From: Dehalococcoidia bacterium
GTDB taxonomy: Bacteria; Chloroflexota; Dehalococcoidia; Bin125
Assembly (NCBI GenBank): GCA_965204335.1
Contig: OZ241982.1
Span: 2,889,691 to 2,953,690 of the forward strand
Reading direction: 5' to 3'
Length of the DNA stretch: 64,000 nucleotides
Below the pieces are notes generated by a model. That model had not been told where the DNA came from and searched no databases. It worked only from the letters and a program-made list of their open reading frames with translations. Both the position numbers and the translations under genes were made by a program. The stretch's first letter is position 1. Every line of letters begins with the position of its first letter. Positions 26,586 through 36,769 of the stretch are shown piece after piece.

Positions 26586-28012
26586 TTGTCGTTGCCTTCT
26601 GTTTCTAGATCCGGCGCTGCGTCATTGCCATGGGTGTAATGCGCCGCCGCCGCAGCGGGCGAGCGAAACGCGTCGCGCAACGTCGGCATGATGCTACGCC
26701 AGTGCTGGGTGGCCATCAATGCCGTGATGATGAGATAGATGATGCCGAACACGATTCGCGGCGTGTTGTCCTCCTGGAAGAAGAACTGCGTAATCAATTG
26801 CGCCAGGAACAGGCTGATCAACGCGAATCCGGCGCGCGCGGTGAGTTGGCGATCGATAATCAACATCACACCGAAGGCTGATTGCGCTGCGGTGATGAAG
26901 ACCTCCGCACGCTGCACGTCGCTGGAGGCGATCCCCTCGATGACGCCGCCGCCGGCGATGAACGCGATCGGAATCGACGCGATCAGCAGCGTCCATTGAT
27001 TGACCTTGCTGGAGATCAGCATGTTGACGCCGAGTCCGGCCGAGCCCCGCCAGACGAGGTAGAGCGCGGCCAGGAACTCGGGCGACTCCGAGGCCAGCGG
27101 AGCGATCCACTGGATCACGAAGAACTCGCCGATGCCGACGTCGCGGCCGATCTGTTCCAGACCGTGGACGAAGGGCTCGGCCGACAGGGCGATCACGACC
27201 GCGGAGTAGACGATCAGAAACGTGACCACCGCTCTTCGCTGAGCGGTCGGCAGGTTGCCGACCCGCGCTGCCGGCCCTTCGAGTTCCGGCGACTGGACGG
27301 GTGAGCGCGTGAGACGCAGGACGTACCAGAAGAAGAGCAGTCCGAGGACGATCGTGTCTTCAATGGCGAGACGACCCTTGGCGACGATGATGAACGAGTA
27401 CACCGTCGCGACGGCGAGGATGCCGATGTCGAGGCCGATCCCACCGGGCAGATGTAGCAGCGGCTCGTCGGGGTCTCGTTCCTGGCGGCGCAGGTAGCGC
27501 CGGATGCTTCGGCCGGCCGTCACGACGATCTTGCGCGGACCGCCTCGCTTCCAGGCGAACAGGAAGATCACGGTCGCCCAGCCGACGCCGAGCAAGAGCC
27601 GGTTGGCGCCGGTCATGTTGGCCAGCGCCAGTTCGCGCTTGCACTCCGGCTGGCCGGCGGCGCCGCAGAGCGCGAGATCCTCGCCGCCCGCCTCGAAGGC
27701 GAGCAGCAGGTCGACGGCGTACTCGGGCAGCACCGCGATGAACGCGATCAAGGCAACCGAGAGGGCCGCCGGGATGTCGTGCTGCGCCGCCTCGGCGCCG
27801 GTCGAGATCAGGAACGCGGCGGAGAGGATACCCAACCCGAAGATCGTGACCTCGAGTTCGGTATCGAGGTGAATCCCGCCGATACGAAAAATCAGCGCCG
27901 GCAATCCGATCAGCGCGGCGCCGATCAGCAGGGTCCAGGCGGATCGAAGTTGCACCACGTCAGCGTATCCAGCAATGCGGCAACGGTCAGCGACGGACGC
28001 TACTCGGCTCAC
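26582..28012 (-). CDS. multi-pass membrane protein, cation/Ca2+ exchanger-like (tentative)
   Basis: 476 aa with about 10 hydrophobic helices. Alpha-repeat-like segment IAFIAVLPEYAVD. 4-nt overlap with the DUF169 gene. Confidence 0.35.
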   Translation of the reverse strand: MSRVASVADRCRIAGYADVVQLRSAWTLLIGAALIGLPALIFRIGGIHLDTELEVTIFGLGILSAAFLISTGAEAAQHDIPAALSVALIAFIAVLPEYAVDLLLAFEAGGEDLALCGAAGQPECKRELALANMTGANRLLLGVGWATVIFLFAWKRGGPRKIVVTAGRSIRRYLRRQERDPDEPLLHLPGGIGLDIGILAVATVYSFIIVAKGRLAIEDTIVLGLLFFWYVLRLTRSPVQSPELEGPAARVGNLPTAQRRAVVTFLIVYSAVVIALSAEPFVHGLEQIGRDVGIGEFFVIQWIAPLASESPEFLAALYLVWRGSAGLGVNMLISSKVNQWTLLIASIPIAFIAGGGVIEGIASSDVQRAEVFITAAQSAFGVMLIIDRQLTARAGFALISLFLAQLITQFFFQEDNTPRIVFGIIYLIITALMATQHWRSIMPTLRDAFRSPAAAAAHYTHGNDAAPDLETEGNDK

Positions 28013-28056
28013 GGTGGGTCATGAGGATGGATGCGATGGGGTGGGCGATGGGGTGG

Positions 28057-31000
28057 TTACGCCATCGCCAACGCCGTCAACAGCGCGGTGAGGACATCTT
28101 CCCAATCCGATTCGGCCAACCTTCGGGACGGTGTGTAGCGGACCTGGGTTGATCCGATCTGGACCTGGCGCGGCACGGCGATGCGGCGCTGATCCGGGCT
28201 GAACCTGAGCCCGGGCGCGAGCCTGAGGATGACCTGGTCTCCCTCCGACTGGATTGACTCGGCGCCGATCCTTGAGGCGAGCACCTTGAGCTTCACGGCT
28301 CCGAGCAGATTCGTCGTGGGGATCGGCAGCGGTCCGAAGCGGTCGACGAGTTCCCGGGCGAAGTCTTCCACCTCGTCCGGTGACTCCGCGGCGGCGAGCC
28401 GCTGATAGAGGGTCATCCGCAGGCCGAGGTCCGAGACATAGTGGTCGGGCAGGAACCTCGGCAGCGCGAGATCGACATTGACCCTGGTCCCTTGCCTGCG
28501 ACTGAGCGGTCGCTCTCCGCTGCGCCTGGACCTCGCCCGGTCGACGGCCTCGGCGAGCAGTTGGGTGAACAGCGTGAACCCGACCGCGCCGATGTGTCCC
28601 GATTGCTGCGCGCCGAGCAGATTCCCGGCCCCGCGGATTTCGAGATCCTTGAGCGCAATCTGGAAGCCGGCGCCGAGGTCGTCCGCCTCCATAATCGTCG
28701 CCAGGCGCCGTTGCGCGACCTCCGTCAGCGACCGATAGGGCTCGGTCATCAGGTAGGCGTACGCGCGGACGCTGGCGCGTCCGACGCGGCCCCGCAGTTG
28801 ATACATCTGGGCCAGTCCCAACCGTTCGGCGCGATCGAGGATGATCGTGTTGACGCGGGGGATATCGACACCCGACTCGATGATCGTCGAGCAGACCAGG
28901 ACATCGGCGTCGCCGTTGATGAAGCGTTCCATGTGATCGCGCAGGATGTTGGGCGGCATCTGGCCGTGGGCGATCAGGAATCGCGCCTCCGGCACCAGCC
29001 GGCGTAGCTCGATCGTTTCACGATCGATCGATCGGACCTCGTTGTGCAGGAAGTAGACCTGCCCACCGCGATCCATCTCGCGCAGGATGGCCTCGCGAAT
29101 CACGCTGTCGTCGCGTTCCATCACGTAGGTGCTGATCGGCAGGCGCTCCTCGGGCGGCGTCGCGATCGTGGACATGTCGCGGATGCCGGTCACGGCCTGG
29201 TGCAGCGACCTCGGGATCGGCGTGGCCGAGAGGGTCAGCACGTCGACCTCGCGTCGCAACGTCTTGAGCCGCTCCTTGTGTTCGACGCCGAAACGCTGTT
29301 CCTCGTCGATCACGACCAGCCCGAGGCTCTTGAAGGCGATGTCGTTCTGCAGCAACCGATGCGTACCGATGATGATGTCGACGGCACCGGAGCGCAGTCC
29401 GGCCAGCGTGACCTGTTGTTCGGCCGTGGTGCGCAGGCGCGACAGCAGATCGACCTGCACCTGCATCGCGGCGAGGCGCTGGCGAAACGTCTCATAGTGC
29501 TGCTGAGCGAGGACGGTGGTCGGCACGAGCACCGCGACCTGGTGTCCCGACATGACGGCCTTGAAGGCGGCCCGCACAGCGACCTCGGTCTTGCCGTAGC
29601 CGACATCGCCCACGATCAGGCGATCCATCGGCTTGCTGGCCTCCTGGTCCTGTCGCACTTCCTCGATCGCGCGGTGCTGATCGAGCGTCTCGACGTAAGG
29701 AAACGAGGCCTCCAGCTCGATCTGCCACGGCGTGTCGGGTTCGATCGCAATCCCGGGTTCGGTCTCTCGAGCGGCGTGGAGTTCGAGCAGGTCGTCGGCA
29801 ATCTCCGCCACCGCGCCTCGTACTCGGGCCTTGGCTCGCTGCCACTGACCGCCTCCGAGGCGGGTCAGAGTCGGCGGCGCATCCGACGGTCCGACGTAGG
29901 GCTGGACACGGTCGAGCTTGTCGGTCGGCACCAGCAGCCGGTCGCCCCTGGCGTACCGCAGGTCGAGGTACTCGCCCTCGCGTCCGCCGAGGCGTTCATG
30001 GACGATCCCGTGAAATCGGCCGATCCCGCTGTCGATATGCACAACGAAGTCGCCCGGCTTGAGAGTCTCGAGCAGATGCGGATCGGCCGCCGGAACCCCA
30101 CGTGTTCGCAACGGGCGACGCTGGCGTTGACGTTCGAAGCCGAAGATCTCGGTGTCGCTGATCAGCGTGAGCAGCCGCTCGCCGCTGGCTGGGTCGTCGA
30201 GCTGCCAGCCCTCCGCGATGGCGGCGCGTCCGACAGAGATGGCAGCCGGCAGAGGAGCCGTCTCGGCGGCTAGCGCTGCCAGCGGCAAGCCGAGATCGGC
30301 CATGAGCTCCGACAGCCGCGCCTCCTGTAGCGAGACGAGTACCCGGGCGCCCGAATCAGTCTGGGCTCGCAGGGACTCAAACAACTGGGCCAGCTTGCCG
30401 GCCAGACGCGGAGTGGAGCGGAACGGCAGGCGTTGGTCGCCGCTGCCGAGTCGGGAGAGCGATCGCACCGCTTGCGGGGCGCGCTTCAGTCGCGTCTCCA
30501 GCTCGTCCTGCTCCAGCCACGGATGCGGCAGCCCGAGCGGAATGCGGCCGCCGCGCTCCAACTCCTCGCGAGCGTGCCGGGCGCGTTCGTCGCGGTCTTC
30601 CATCCTCGAGGCGATGTCGTGCGGCTCATCGACAAGGATCAGAGCGTCATCGGGCAAGTGGTCGAAGATCGAACTCGATGCCAGGAACTGCGTCCAGAAG
30701 TCCGGCCGAGACGTCGGGGCGTCGCTACGCAGATGATCGAGGTCGAGCGCCAGCACGGCGGCCTCGTCGTTCAACTCCGGCGCCTCTTCTCCACTGGTGG
30801 CTTCCTCAACCGAGCAAAGCAGCGCCTCGATTCGCGGGCCCGAAGCGTCGCCCGCGCTCCACTCCCGCGCCGGCCGGACGCCGACCCGTTCGACGACTTC
30901 GGTGGAGCGCTGAGTCGTCGGATCGAACCGCCGCAACGACTCGACCTCGTCGCCGAACAGCTCGACCCGTACCGGCGCGTCGTCCGCGGGCGGCCAGAGG

Positions 31001-31563
31001 TCGATGATCCCGCCGCGGACGGCGAAGCAGGCCGGTTCCACGACGATCCGGCTTCGCTGATAGCCGCTTGCGTCCAGCGCCCGCACGAGTTCGTCGAGGC
31101 GGACGTCCGATCCCCGGCTCAGGTCGATCGGGGCGGAGGCGGCCGAGACAGTGCGCTGGGCAGCGGCATCGATGTCGGCCACGATGACCGGCGATGCGTG
31201 GCGCAGAGCTTCGACCGCGCTGAGTCGCGCCTCGATAAGATCGGGCGCCGGACGTTGACGTTCGTACGGCGCGGTCTCCCGTGCGGGGAAGGAGCGCAGG
31301 CGGCCGCGATCATCGCCGCCCAACCAGAGCGGGAGGGCGTCCAGCAGATCGGCGGCCGAGGCAGGCGTCGGGGTCAGAACCAGGACGGGCTGTCGATGAC
31401 GCGCGACGAGCGCCGCGATCACCGCCGGCTTGGCGGCGTCGATGACGCCCAACGTGTCCTGGCCGTCAAAGGGCTCGATCGCGTTGAGCACAGCGGGGCC
31501 CAGCCCGGCGAGCAGGCCCACCGGTCGATCGTGAGGGGTGCCGTGCGGGTCGGCGGCGCTCAC
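28057..31563 (-). CDS. mfd: transcription-repair coupling factor
   Basis: 1168 aa. Helicase motifs ...VIDEEQRFGVEHKERLK..., SATPIPR and a TRCF C-terminal domain. pth lies upstream in the same orientation. Confidence 0.9.
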   Translation of the reverse strand: MSAADPHGTPHDRPVGLLAGLGPAVLNAIEPFDGQDTLGVIDAAKPAVIAALVARHRQPVLVLTPTPASAADLLDALPLWLGGDDRGRLRSFPARETAPYERQRPAPDLIEARLSAVEALRHASPVIVADIDAAAQRTVSAASAPIDLSRGSDVRLDELVRALDASGYQRSRIVVEPACFAVRGGIIDLWPPADDAPVRVELFGDEVESLRRFDPTTQRSTEVVERVGVRPAREWSAGDASGPRIEALLCSVEEATSGEEAPELNDEAAVLALDLDHLRSDAPTSRPDFWTQFLASSSIFDHLPDDALILVDEPHDIASRMEDRDERARHAREELERGGRIPLGLPHPWLEQDELETRLKRAPQAVRSLSRLGSGDQRLPFRSTPRLAGKLAQLFESLRAQTDSGARVLVSLQEARLSELMADLGLPLAALAAETAPLPAAISVGRAAIAEGWQLDDPASGERLLTLISDTEIFGFERQRQRRPLRTRGVPAADPHLLETLKPGDFVVHIDSGIGRFHGIVHERLGGREGEYLDLRYARGDRLLVPTDKLDRVQPYVGPSDAPPTLTRLGGGQWQRAKARVRGAVAEIADDLLELHAARETEPGIAIEPDTPWQIELEASFPYVETLDQHRAIEEVRQDQEASKPMDRLIVGDVGYGKTEVAVRAAFKAVMSGHQVAVLVPTTVLAQQHYETFRQRLAAMQVQVDLLSRLRTTAEQQVTLAGLRSGAVDIIIGTHRLLQNDIAFKSLGLVVIDEEQRFGVEHKERLKTLRREVDVLTLSATPIPRSLHQAVTGIRDMSTIATPPEERLPISTYVMERDDSVIREAILREMDRGGQVYFLHNEVRSIDRETIELRRLVPEARFLIAHGQMPPNILRDHMERFINGDADVLVCSTIIESGVDIPRVNTIILDRAERLGLAQMYQLRGRVGRASVRAYAYLMTEPYRSLTEVAQRRLATIMEADDLGAGFQIALKDLEIRGAGNLLGAQQSGHIGAVGFTLFTQLLAEAVDRARSRRSGERPLSRRQGTRVNVDLALPRFLPDHYVSDLGLRMTLYQRLAAAESPDEVEDFARELVDRFGPLPIPTTNLLGAVKLKVLASRIGAESIQSEGDQVILRLAPGLRFSPDQRRIAVPRQVQIGSTQVRYTPSRRLAESDWEDVLTALLTALAMA

Positions 31564-31655
31564 GCGCGCAGTCTCCGTCCGCTAGTGCCTGGACTCAGCT
31601 TACGAGAGCCGGAGACGGCAAACGTTATGTCAACTGCACTACTTCAGTTGGGAGT

Positions 31656-32711
31656 TCAACTCTGACTGTTCGGCACCAGCCGGTGCGGTCCAATGAAGCC
31701 GACATGGATGTTGCGGGTGCGGCCCTTGCTGTCGTCATAGAAGTAAAGCCGAGGGATGTGTTGACCGCCTCCCTCGGCGATTTTCATGTGCGCCTCCATG
31801 GTGATGTAGCCGCTGGGATCGACGCTGCTGTCGACGAGGAAGCGTCTCGTGCGGCGCAGTGGGCCCGAGTTCATGACCGTGTCCGACTCGCTCATCGCCA
31901 GCTTCTTCGGCGTCGCCGGCCAGAGATTGTCTTCGCTGTTGGAATGCTCGCACCACTCCCAGAAGCCGCCCTGGAAGAACTCGCTCTCCTCGGCGTAGGC
32001 GTTGAGCGCCCGGCACGCCTTCCACAGTTCGCGCGCCCAGTCCGCCGCCTTCTCGTCGGCCTCGAGCGCATCGATCTCACGCAGGGCTGGATCGCCGATG
32101 ACAACGCGGGCGCACTTTTCCCGCGCCATCTCGACCACCCCGGTGATCGTGAACTGCGCCTCGGCCTCGGCGATATCTTCCGCCAGATCGGACGGGGCCG
32201 CGTCGCGCTCGATCAGGGCTGCGGCGTAGCTGTCGCTCTTGGCGCGCAGCCGATTGACGGCCTGTTCCGCTTCCGACAGTTCGGCCTCCAGGTCGGCGAT
32301 CCGGGCGTCCGCGGCCTGTCGTTCCTCGACCAGGCGGACCCGTTCGGCCACGTGTTTCTCGTTGGATTGTTCGATTCGGGCTTCGCGATCGGCAAGCTGT
32401 TGTTGCAGAGTCGACGCCTCTCGTTCCAACGCTGCGACTCGCTCCGCGTCGGGCCGGGCAATCGTTCGCGGCTCGATCAGCATCAGCAGACGCTCGCGGA
32501 TTCGTTCAAGCTGCTCCGCCGTACGCATGATGTCGGCGCGTATCTCGGCCGGTTCGCGTTCGAGCAGGTAGCCAGCCAGTTCCCGCGCAGCCGCTTCGCT
32601 CAGCCAGTCGAAGGCAGGCGCGGCGAGCGCAGCGTCGGCGTTGGACCCCTCATCGTGTTCCGACATCGCTCGCTCCACTCTCGGCATCGACCACGGTTCG
32701 GTTGTAAGCAT
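31656..32711 (-). CDS. hypothetical coiled-coil protein with unknown C-terminal globular domain
   Basis: The N-terminal ~170 aa are strongly heptad/Ala-Glu-Arg rich. The C-terminal ~150 aa (…HIPRLYFYDDSKGRTRNIHVGFIGPHRLV) has no recognisable motif. The start may be one of the internal Met codons (for example 32666). Confidence 0.45.
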   Translation of the reverse strand: MLTTEPWSMPRVERAMSEHDEGSNADAALAAPAFDWLSEAAARELAGYLLEREPAEIRADIMRTAEQLERIRERLLMLIEPRTIARPDAERVAALEREASTLQQQLADREARIEQSNEKHVAERVRLVEERQAADARIADLEAELSEAEQAVNRLRAKSDSYAAALIERDAAPSDLAEDIAEAEAQFTITGVVEMAREKCARVVIGDPALREIDALEADEKAADWARELWKACRALNAYAEESEFFQGGFWEWCEHSNSEDNLWPATPKKLAMSESDTVMNSGPLRRTRRFLVDSSVDPSGYITMEAHMKIAEGGGQHIPRLYFYDDSKGRTRNIHVGFIGPHRLVPNSQS

Positions 32712-33327
32712 TCATCGCCGACTCAACCCCGTGTTCCAGCAAATGGACGACCGCCTCGGCGGCGCGTTTCTCCGCCCGGAACAGTAGCTGTCGTTCGGCC
32801 GGCGTCGGATCGCTGAGCAACCAGTCGGCGACATCGTCGGGATGATGCGAGGGCTTGCCGTCGACGATCGGCCGGCCGACGCCGATCCGCACGCGCGGGA
32901 AGTCGAGCTCGCCGATCACGGATTTGATCGAGCGCATGCCCCGCTGGCCCGCGTCGGAGCCGGACGGTCGGATGCGGATCCGGCCCGGTTCCAGGTCGAG
33001 TTCGTCGACGAGCAGGATGAGAGCGGACGGATCGGCGCGGTACTTGTCGAGCAACGACTGGACCGCCTTGCCCGACTCGTTCATGAACACGCGGGGAATG
33101 ACGAGCGCCACCGGCCCGTGCGCGGTCTCGGCCTGTGACACGCGAAAGCGCGACTCCCGCTCAAACGGCGGCAATCGCAGCATCTTGCGGATGTGCTCGA
33201 CCGATCGCGCGCCCGCGTTATGTCGATGCTGCGAGTAATCGGGTCCGGGATTGCCCAGCCCGACGATCAGTCGAGCGCCCTCAAGCGGCCTGAGCCCGCG
33301 CCGTCGGAGTCTGGGCAGTCGAGCCAT
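32650..33327 (-). CDS. pth: peptidyl-tRNA hydrolase
   Basis: LIVGLGNPGPDYSQHRHNAG is the Pth signature. About 190 aa core, with a probable non-ATG start inside the ORF. Confidence 0.85.
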   Translation of the reverse strand: MARLPRLRRRGLRPLEGARLIVGLGNPGPDYSQHRHNAGARSVEHIRKMLRLPPFERESRFRVSQAETAHGPVALVIPRVFMNESGKAVQSLLDKYRADPSALILLVDELDLEPGRIRIRPSGSDAGQRGMRSIKSVIGELDFPRVRIGVGRPIVDGKPSHHPDDVADWLLSDPTPAERQLLFRAEKRAAEAVVHLLEHGVESAMNAYNRTVVDAESGASDVGTR

Positions 33328-33359
33328 GTCTCAAGTGTCGCACGGCATTGCGACGCGGG

Positions 33360-34949
33360 CTACGGAGACTCGTCGACGTACTTCTCGCCGAGCGCCGTCT
33401 CCCAGCGCAGGTAGTGCTGCATGTCCGCGAAACCGCGCTGCGCCCCGAAGGTGAGGATGTCGTTGGGCGGCGAGAGGACCCCCGTGAGGCCGTACTCAAT
33501 CGGCAGTCCCGCTGCGCGGTAGGCGGCCATGCCCCCAGCAACGGCGGTCACGTCGGGACGGCCTCGCTCCAGCAGCGTCTGAGCCGCCAACAAAGACTGC
33601 TCGCCCGACTCGCAAACCGTGACAATCGGCGTCGATTCCTCACGCGCCAGATCCGCCACATCGCGTTCCAGCGATCCGCGTGGAGCCCACCGCGCGCCGG
33701 GCGGATGCGCCTGCGCGAACTCCTGGCTCGTGCCCACATGGAGCAGCACGGCCTCGGACCGGTCGAAGATGTCGGCCGGCTCGATTGCCTCGACCGCGCC
33801 CCGAGCCTCTGCGAGCAGCTGCGGTTCCTTCGATTGGAAGCCGCGCTCCAGCGTCCGACCCGCCGACGTCCAGGCGCCGATGCCGCTTTCGAGCGCGTAG
33901 ATGTGGCGGTGTCCCATCTGCCGGTACCACGACGCGGTCAGCGCCGCTCGGGCGACGCTGTCGCAGGCGAAGACGATCGGCGCGTGGTGGACGACGGCGA
34001 TATCGTCGCTGCGCTGCACGGCCTGTCCGCCCGGGAACCAGCGGAATCCGGGGATGTGCCCCGCCTCGTGCTCGGCGTCGGTGCGGACGTCGATGAAGTA
34101 GACGCTCTCGCGCTGCGAGCGCTCGCGCAGCTCATCCAGTTCGGCCACGCCGATCAGTTGAACACCGTCCTCCTCGGCGCAGCGACGGGCATATTGCTCG
34201 GCGGCTGCTTGACCCTCGGACGTCACCGACGGCAGCGCGTCGCGGTCGGCGCCGAACTCGAGCTCGTGGCCGGCCAGCATCCAGCCGGCCGTGCCGTTCT
34301 TCAGCCCGACGACTTCTCGCTCCAGCGACATCCGTTGCAATACGCGTGTCCCGATGATGCTGCGGGTGCGTCCGGCGCAGTTGACGACGACGGTCGCATC
34401 GTCGGGCGCGTCGGCCAGGACGTCGGTGATGCGCAACGCCAGCTCGCCGCCGGGCATGCTGCGTCCGCCGGGGATGCACGAGCGCCGGTACTCCTCCGGC
34501 GTCCTCGTGTCGAGGATCACCAGCGGGTCGCCCCGCTCAATCCGCGCGTGCAAATCGTCGGCGTCGATCTCGGGCACGTGGTGCACGACCTCGACCCGCT
34601 CACCGAAGTCCTTGCTGGGCACGTTCACGCCCCACTCGGTGGGCAGGTCGAGGAACGCCCAGCGGTTCGTCCCGCCCGACAACGTCGAGACATCGCTGTA
34701 GCCCATCCGCTCAGCGGTCGAGGCGGCATAGTGAACCAGCTGCTCGTCCTCATCGCAGAGCACAATCGGCGTCTCAAGATGCGGCACCGCCTCCGCCAGC
34801 TCAAACTCCAGCATCCGCCGAGGAATCAGGCTCGCCCCAATGATGTGCGACGTGTTGTAGTCGGGCGGGTCGCGGACATCGATCAGGGCGATCGGCGCGT
34901 CGTCGGAGAGTCGGCGTTGGAGGTCGTTGGGTGTGATAAGCGTTGGCAT
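33360..34949 (-). CDS. multi-domain rhodanese-like sulfurtransferase (about 4 rhodanese repeats)
   Basis: Repeated pattern of ..IDVR...Y..GHIPGA... followed by a CxxGxR active-site loop (for example CAGRTRS, CESGEQS). Confidence 0.7.
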   Translation of the reverse strand: MPTLITPNDLQRRLSDDAPIALIDVRDPPDYNTSHIIGASLIPRRMLEFELAEAVPHLETPIVLCDEDEQLVHYAASTAERMGYSDVSTLSGGTNRWAFLDLPTEWGVNVPSKDFGERVEVVHHVPEIDADDLHARIERGDPLVILDTRTPEEYRRSCIPGGRSMPGGELALRITDVLADAPDDATVVVNCAGRTRSIIGTRVLQRMSLEREVVGLKNGTAGWMLAGHELEFGADRDALPSVTSEGQAAAEQYARRCAEEDGVQLIGVAELDELRERSQRESVYFIDVRTDAEHEAGHIPGFRWFPGGQAVQRSDDIAVVHHAPIVFACDSVARAALTASWYRQMGHRHIYALESGIGAWTSAGRTLERGFQSKEPQLLAEARGAVEAIEPADIFDRSEAVLLHVGTSQEFAQAHPPGARWAPRGSLERDVADLAREESTPIVTVCESGEQSLLAAQTLLERGRPDVTAVAGGMAAYRAAGLPIEYGLTGVLSPPNDILTFGAQRGFADMQHYLRWETALGEKYVDESP

Positions 34950-35015
34950 TGTGGCGATAGGGTACTCCAGTCAGCCCTCCCGACCCGCGACCTCACCGGG
35001 GAGTAGAATCGGGCC

Positions 35016-36758
35016 ATGATCATGCGATACAGCGATGACGAACTGCGTGCCAGGCTCCGCTTGGGCGAAGACACGCATTGGGAGTTCAAAGGGATTGAGT
35101 TTCGAGGTGACGAACCTGTCAGTGGACAACGCGACACATGGGCAGACGAGATCGTCGCGTTCGCCAACGCGCAGGGTGGCCAACTGCTGCTAGGCATATC
35201 GGACCACGGGGAGCTTCAGGGCCTGACCCGTGAACAGCTTGACCGCGTTGAGCGCCACATCATCGAACTGTGCCGTGACTCAATCAACCCTCCGATTCCT
35301 CCGGCTACACACAAATTCGAACTGGACGGCAAGGCATCCCTTCTGGTCGAAGTTCAGACAGGCTACGCCCAGCATGAATACAAGGGCCGTGCCTTCACAC
35401 GTGAAGGCAGCTCTAAACGCCTGCTCTCGCCGGATGAGCGACTGCGACTCGCCCAACGGCGTGGACAGGCGCGATTCCGCAGCTTTGACGAATCACCTGT
35501 TGCGAACACGGGAATCACCACCCTAACGGAACGTCTATGGAAGCCCTTGCTCAGTGCTGACCAGCACACCGAACCCGCGGTTGGCTTGCAAAAGCTCGGT
35601 CTCCTCACCGACGATGAACACGGAATTCAACGGGCATCCGTTGGCGGTGTCCTGTTGTGCACCGAGCGTCCCGAAGAGCTCATGCAGCAAGCCGTCATCA
35701 TCGCCACGAAATATCACGGTCGGGACGAATCTACACACCAAGTGGATACACAAACGATCACCGGCCCACTTCAGCGTCAAGTGGCAACAGGAGTGTCATT
35801 TGTCCGACGCAATATGTGGGTTGGGGCAGTAAAGGATCCTGGCCGCTTCGATTTGCCCGAATACAGTTTGGAAGCAGTGTTCGAAGGCCTGGTCAACGCG
35901 GTTGCCCACCGAGATTATACTGCGCGCGGCATGCGTATTCGGTTACGAATGTTTGACGATCGACTCGAGATCTGCTCTCCGGGGTCATTGCCGAATGGAA
36001 TCACGATTGATCAGATGGGCGCGTTACAGGCCACGCGCAATGTGGTGATTGCTTCCAACTTGAGCCGAATGCGCGTCTCCGGCATTGAGGGCTCCGAAGA
36101 CCGGCGATACTTCATGGAGACGCGCGGCGACGGCGTCATACGGATCCAGCGAGCGACACATGCGCTCACAGGAAGGATGCCTCGATTTGAGGTGATTGAC
36201 GATGTCGAGTTGCGACTCACCATCCCCGCAGCCCTTCCCTCCGCTGATTCTTTTCGGACCCACATCAATATCAAAGCGGATGGGAAGCCGGTCGAGGACA
36301 CGAACGTGCTGGTGGTATTCCCAAATGGTACCTATCGACAGGCAGTCACAGATCGACTTGGTGTCGCATCACTCGATCTATACACAGGAACCTTGCCAAT
36401 GACGGTGTATGTCGCTTCGACAGGCATGGCAGGACGCGTCGTGCAGGAGTGGATCCCTGCTGAATCACAGCTCACAATTGACCTCAAGCCGCTGCCTGGC
36501 GGAGGATCGGTGATCATACCGGATCAGACCGGACACATTCCGGTGATCCGTGGACGACTGAATCCCATCCTGGACGACTTGAACAGGGCGTATCTCTATG
36601 CCTCAAACGTCGCCATCAACGACGGGGAAGCGCAGCCTGTGGCGTTCCGGCCGGGCGACGAAGAACTCAAACTCGTCGATGCGTTCGGAAACGGTTGCTA
36701 CATTCGCATCGTGGCGATAGTAGGCAGCTCGTCTCTGATTGAGTATCGCCCTGAGTAG
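35016..36758 (+). CDS. AlbA_2 (Schlafen-like) + HATPase_c_4 fusion protein with extra ~200 aa C-terminal domain; AT-richer than the flanks
   Basis: N-terminal ...LGEDTHWEFKG...DEIVAFANAQGGQLLLGISDHGE is the AlbA_2/divergent-AAA DNA-binding domain. Mid-region ...LVNAVAHRDYTARGMRIRLRMFDDRLEICSPGSLPNGIT is the HATPase_c_4 (RecG C-terminal-like) signature. The last ~200 aa are unassigned. Confidence 0.65.
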   Translation: MIMRYSDDELRARLRLGEDTHWEFKGIEFRGDEPVSGQRDTWADEIVAFANAQGGQLLLGISDHGELQGLTREQLDRVERHIIELCRDSINPPIPPATHKFELDGKASLLVEVQTGYAQHEYKGRAFTREGSSKRLLSPDERLRLAQRRGQARFRSFDESPVANTGITTLTERLWKPLLSADQHTEPAVGLQKLGLLTDDEHGIQRASVGGVLLCTERPEELMQQAVIIATKYHGRDESTHQVDTQTITGPLQRQVATGVSFVRRNMWVGAVKDPGRFDLPEYSLEAVFEGLVNAVAHRDYTARGMRIRLRMFDDRLEICSPGSLPNGITIDQMGALQATRNVVIASNLSRMRVSGIEGSEDRRYFMETRGDGVIRIQRATHALTGRMPRFEVIDDVELRLTIPAALPSADSFRTHINIKADGKPVEDTNVLVVFPNGTYRQAVTDRLGVASLDLYTGTLPMTVYVASTGMAGRVVQEWIPAESQLTIDLKPLPGGGSVIIPDQTGHIPVIRGRLNPILDDLNRAYLYASNVAINDGEAQPVAFRPGDEELKLVDAFGNGCYIRIVAIVGSSSLIEYRPE

Positions 36759-36769
36759 CGCAGTCTTCG

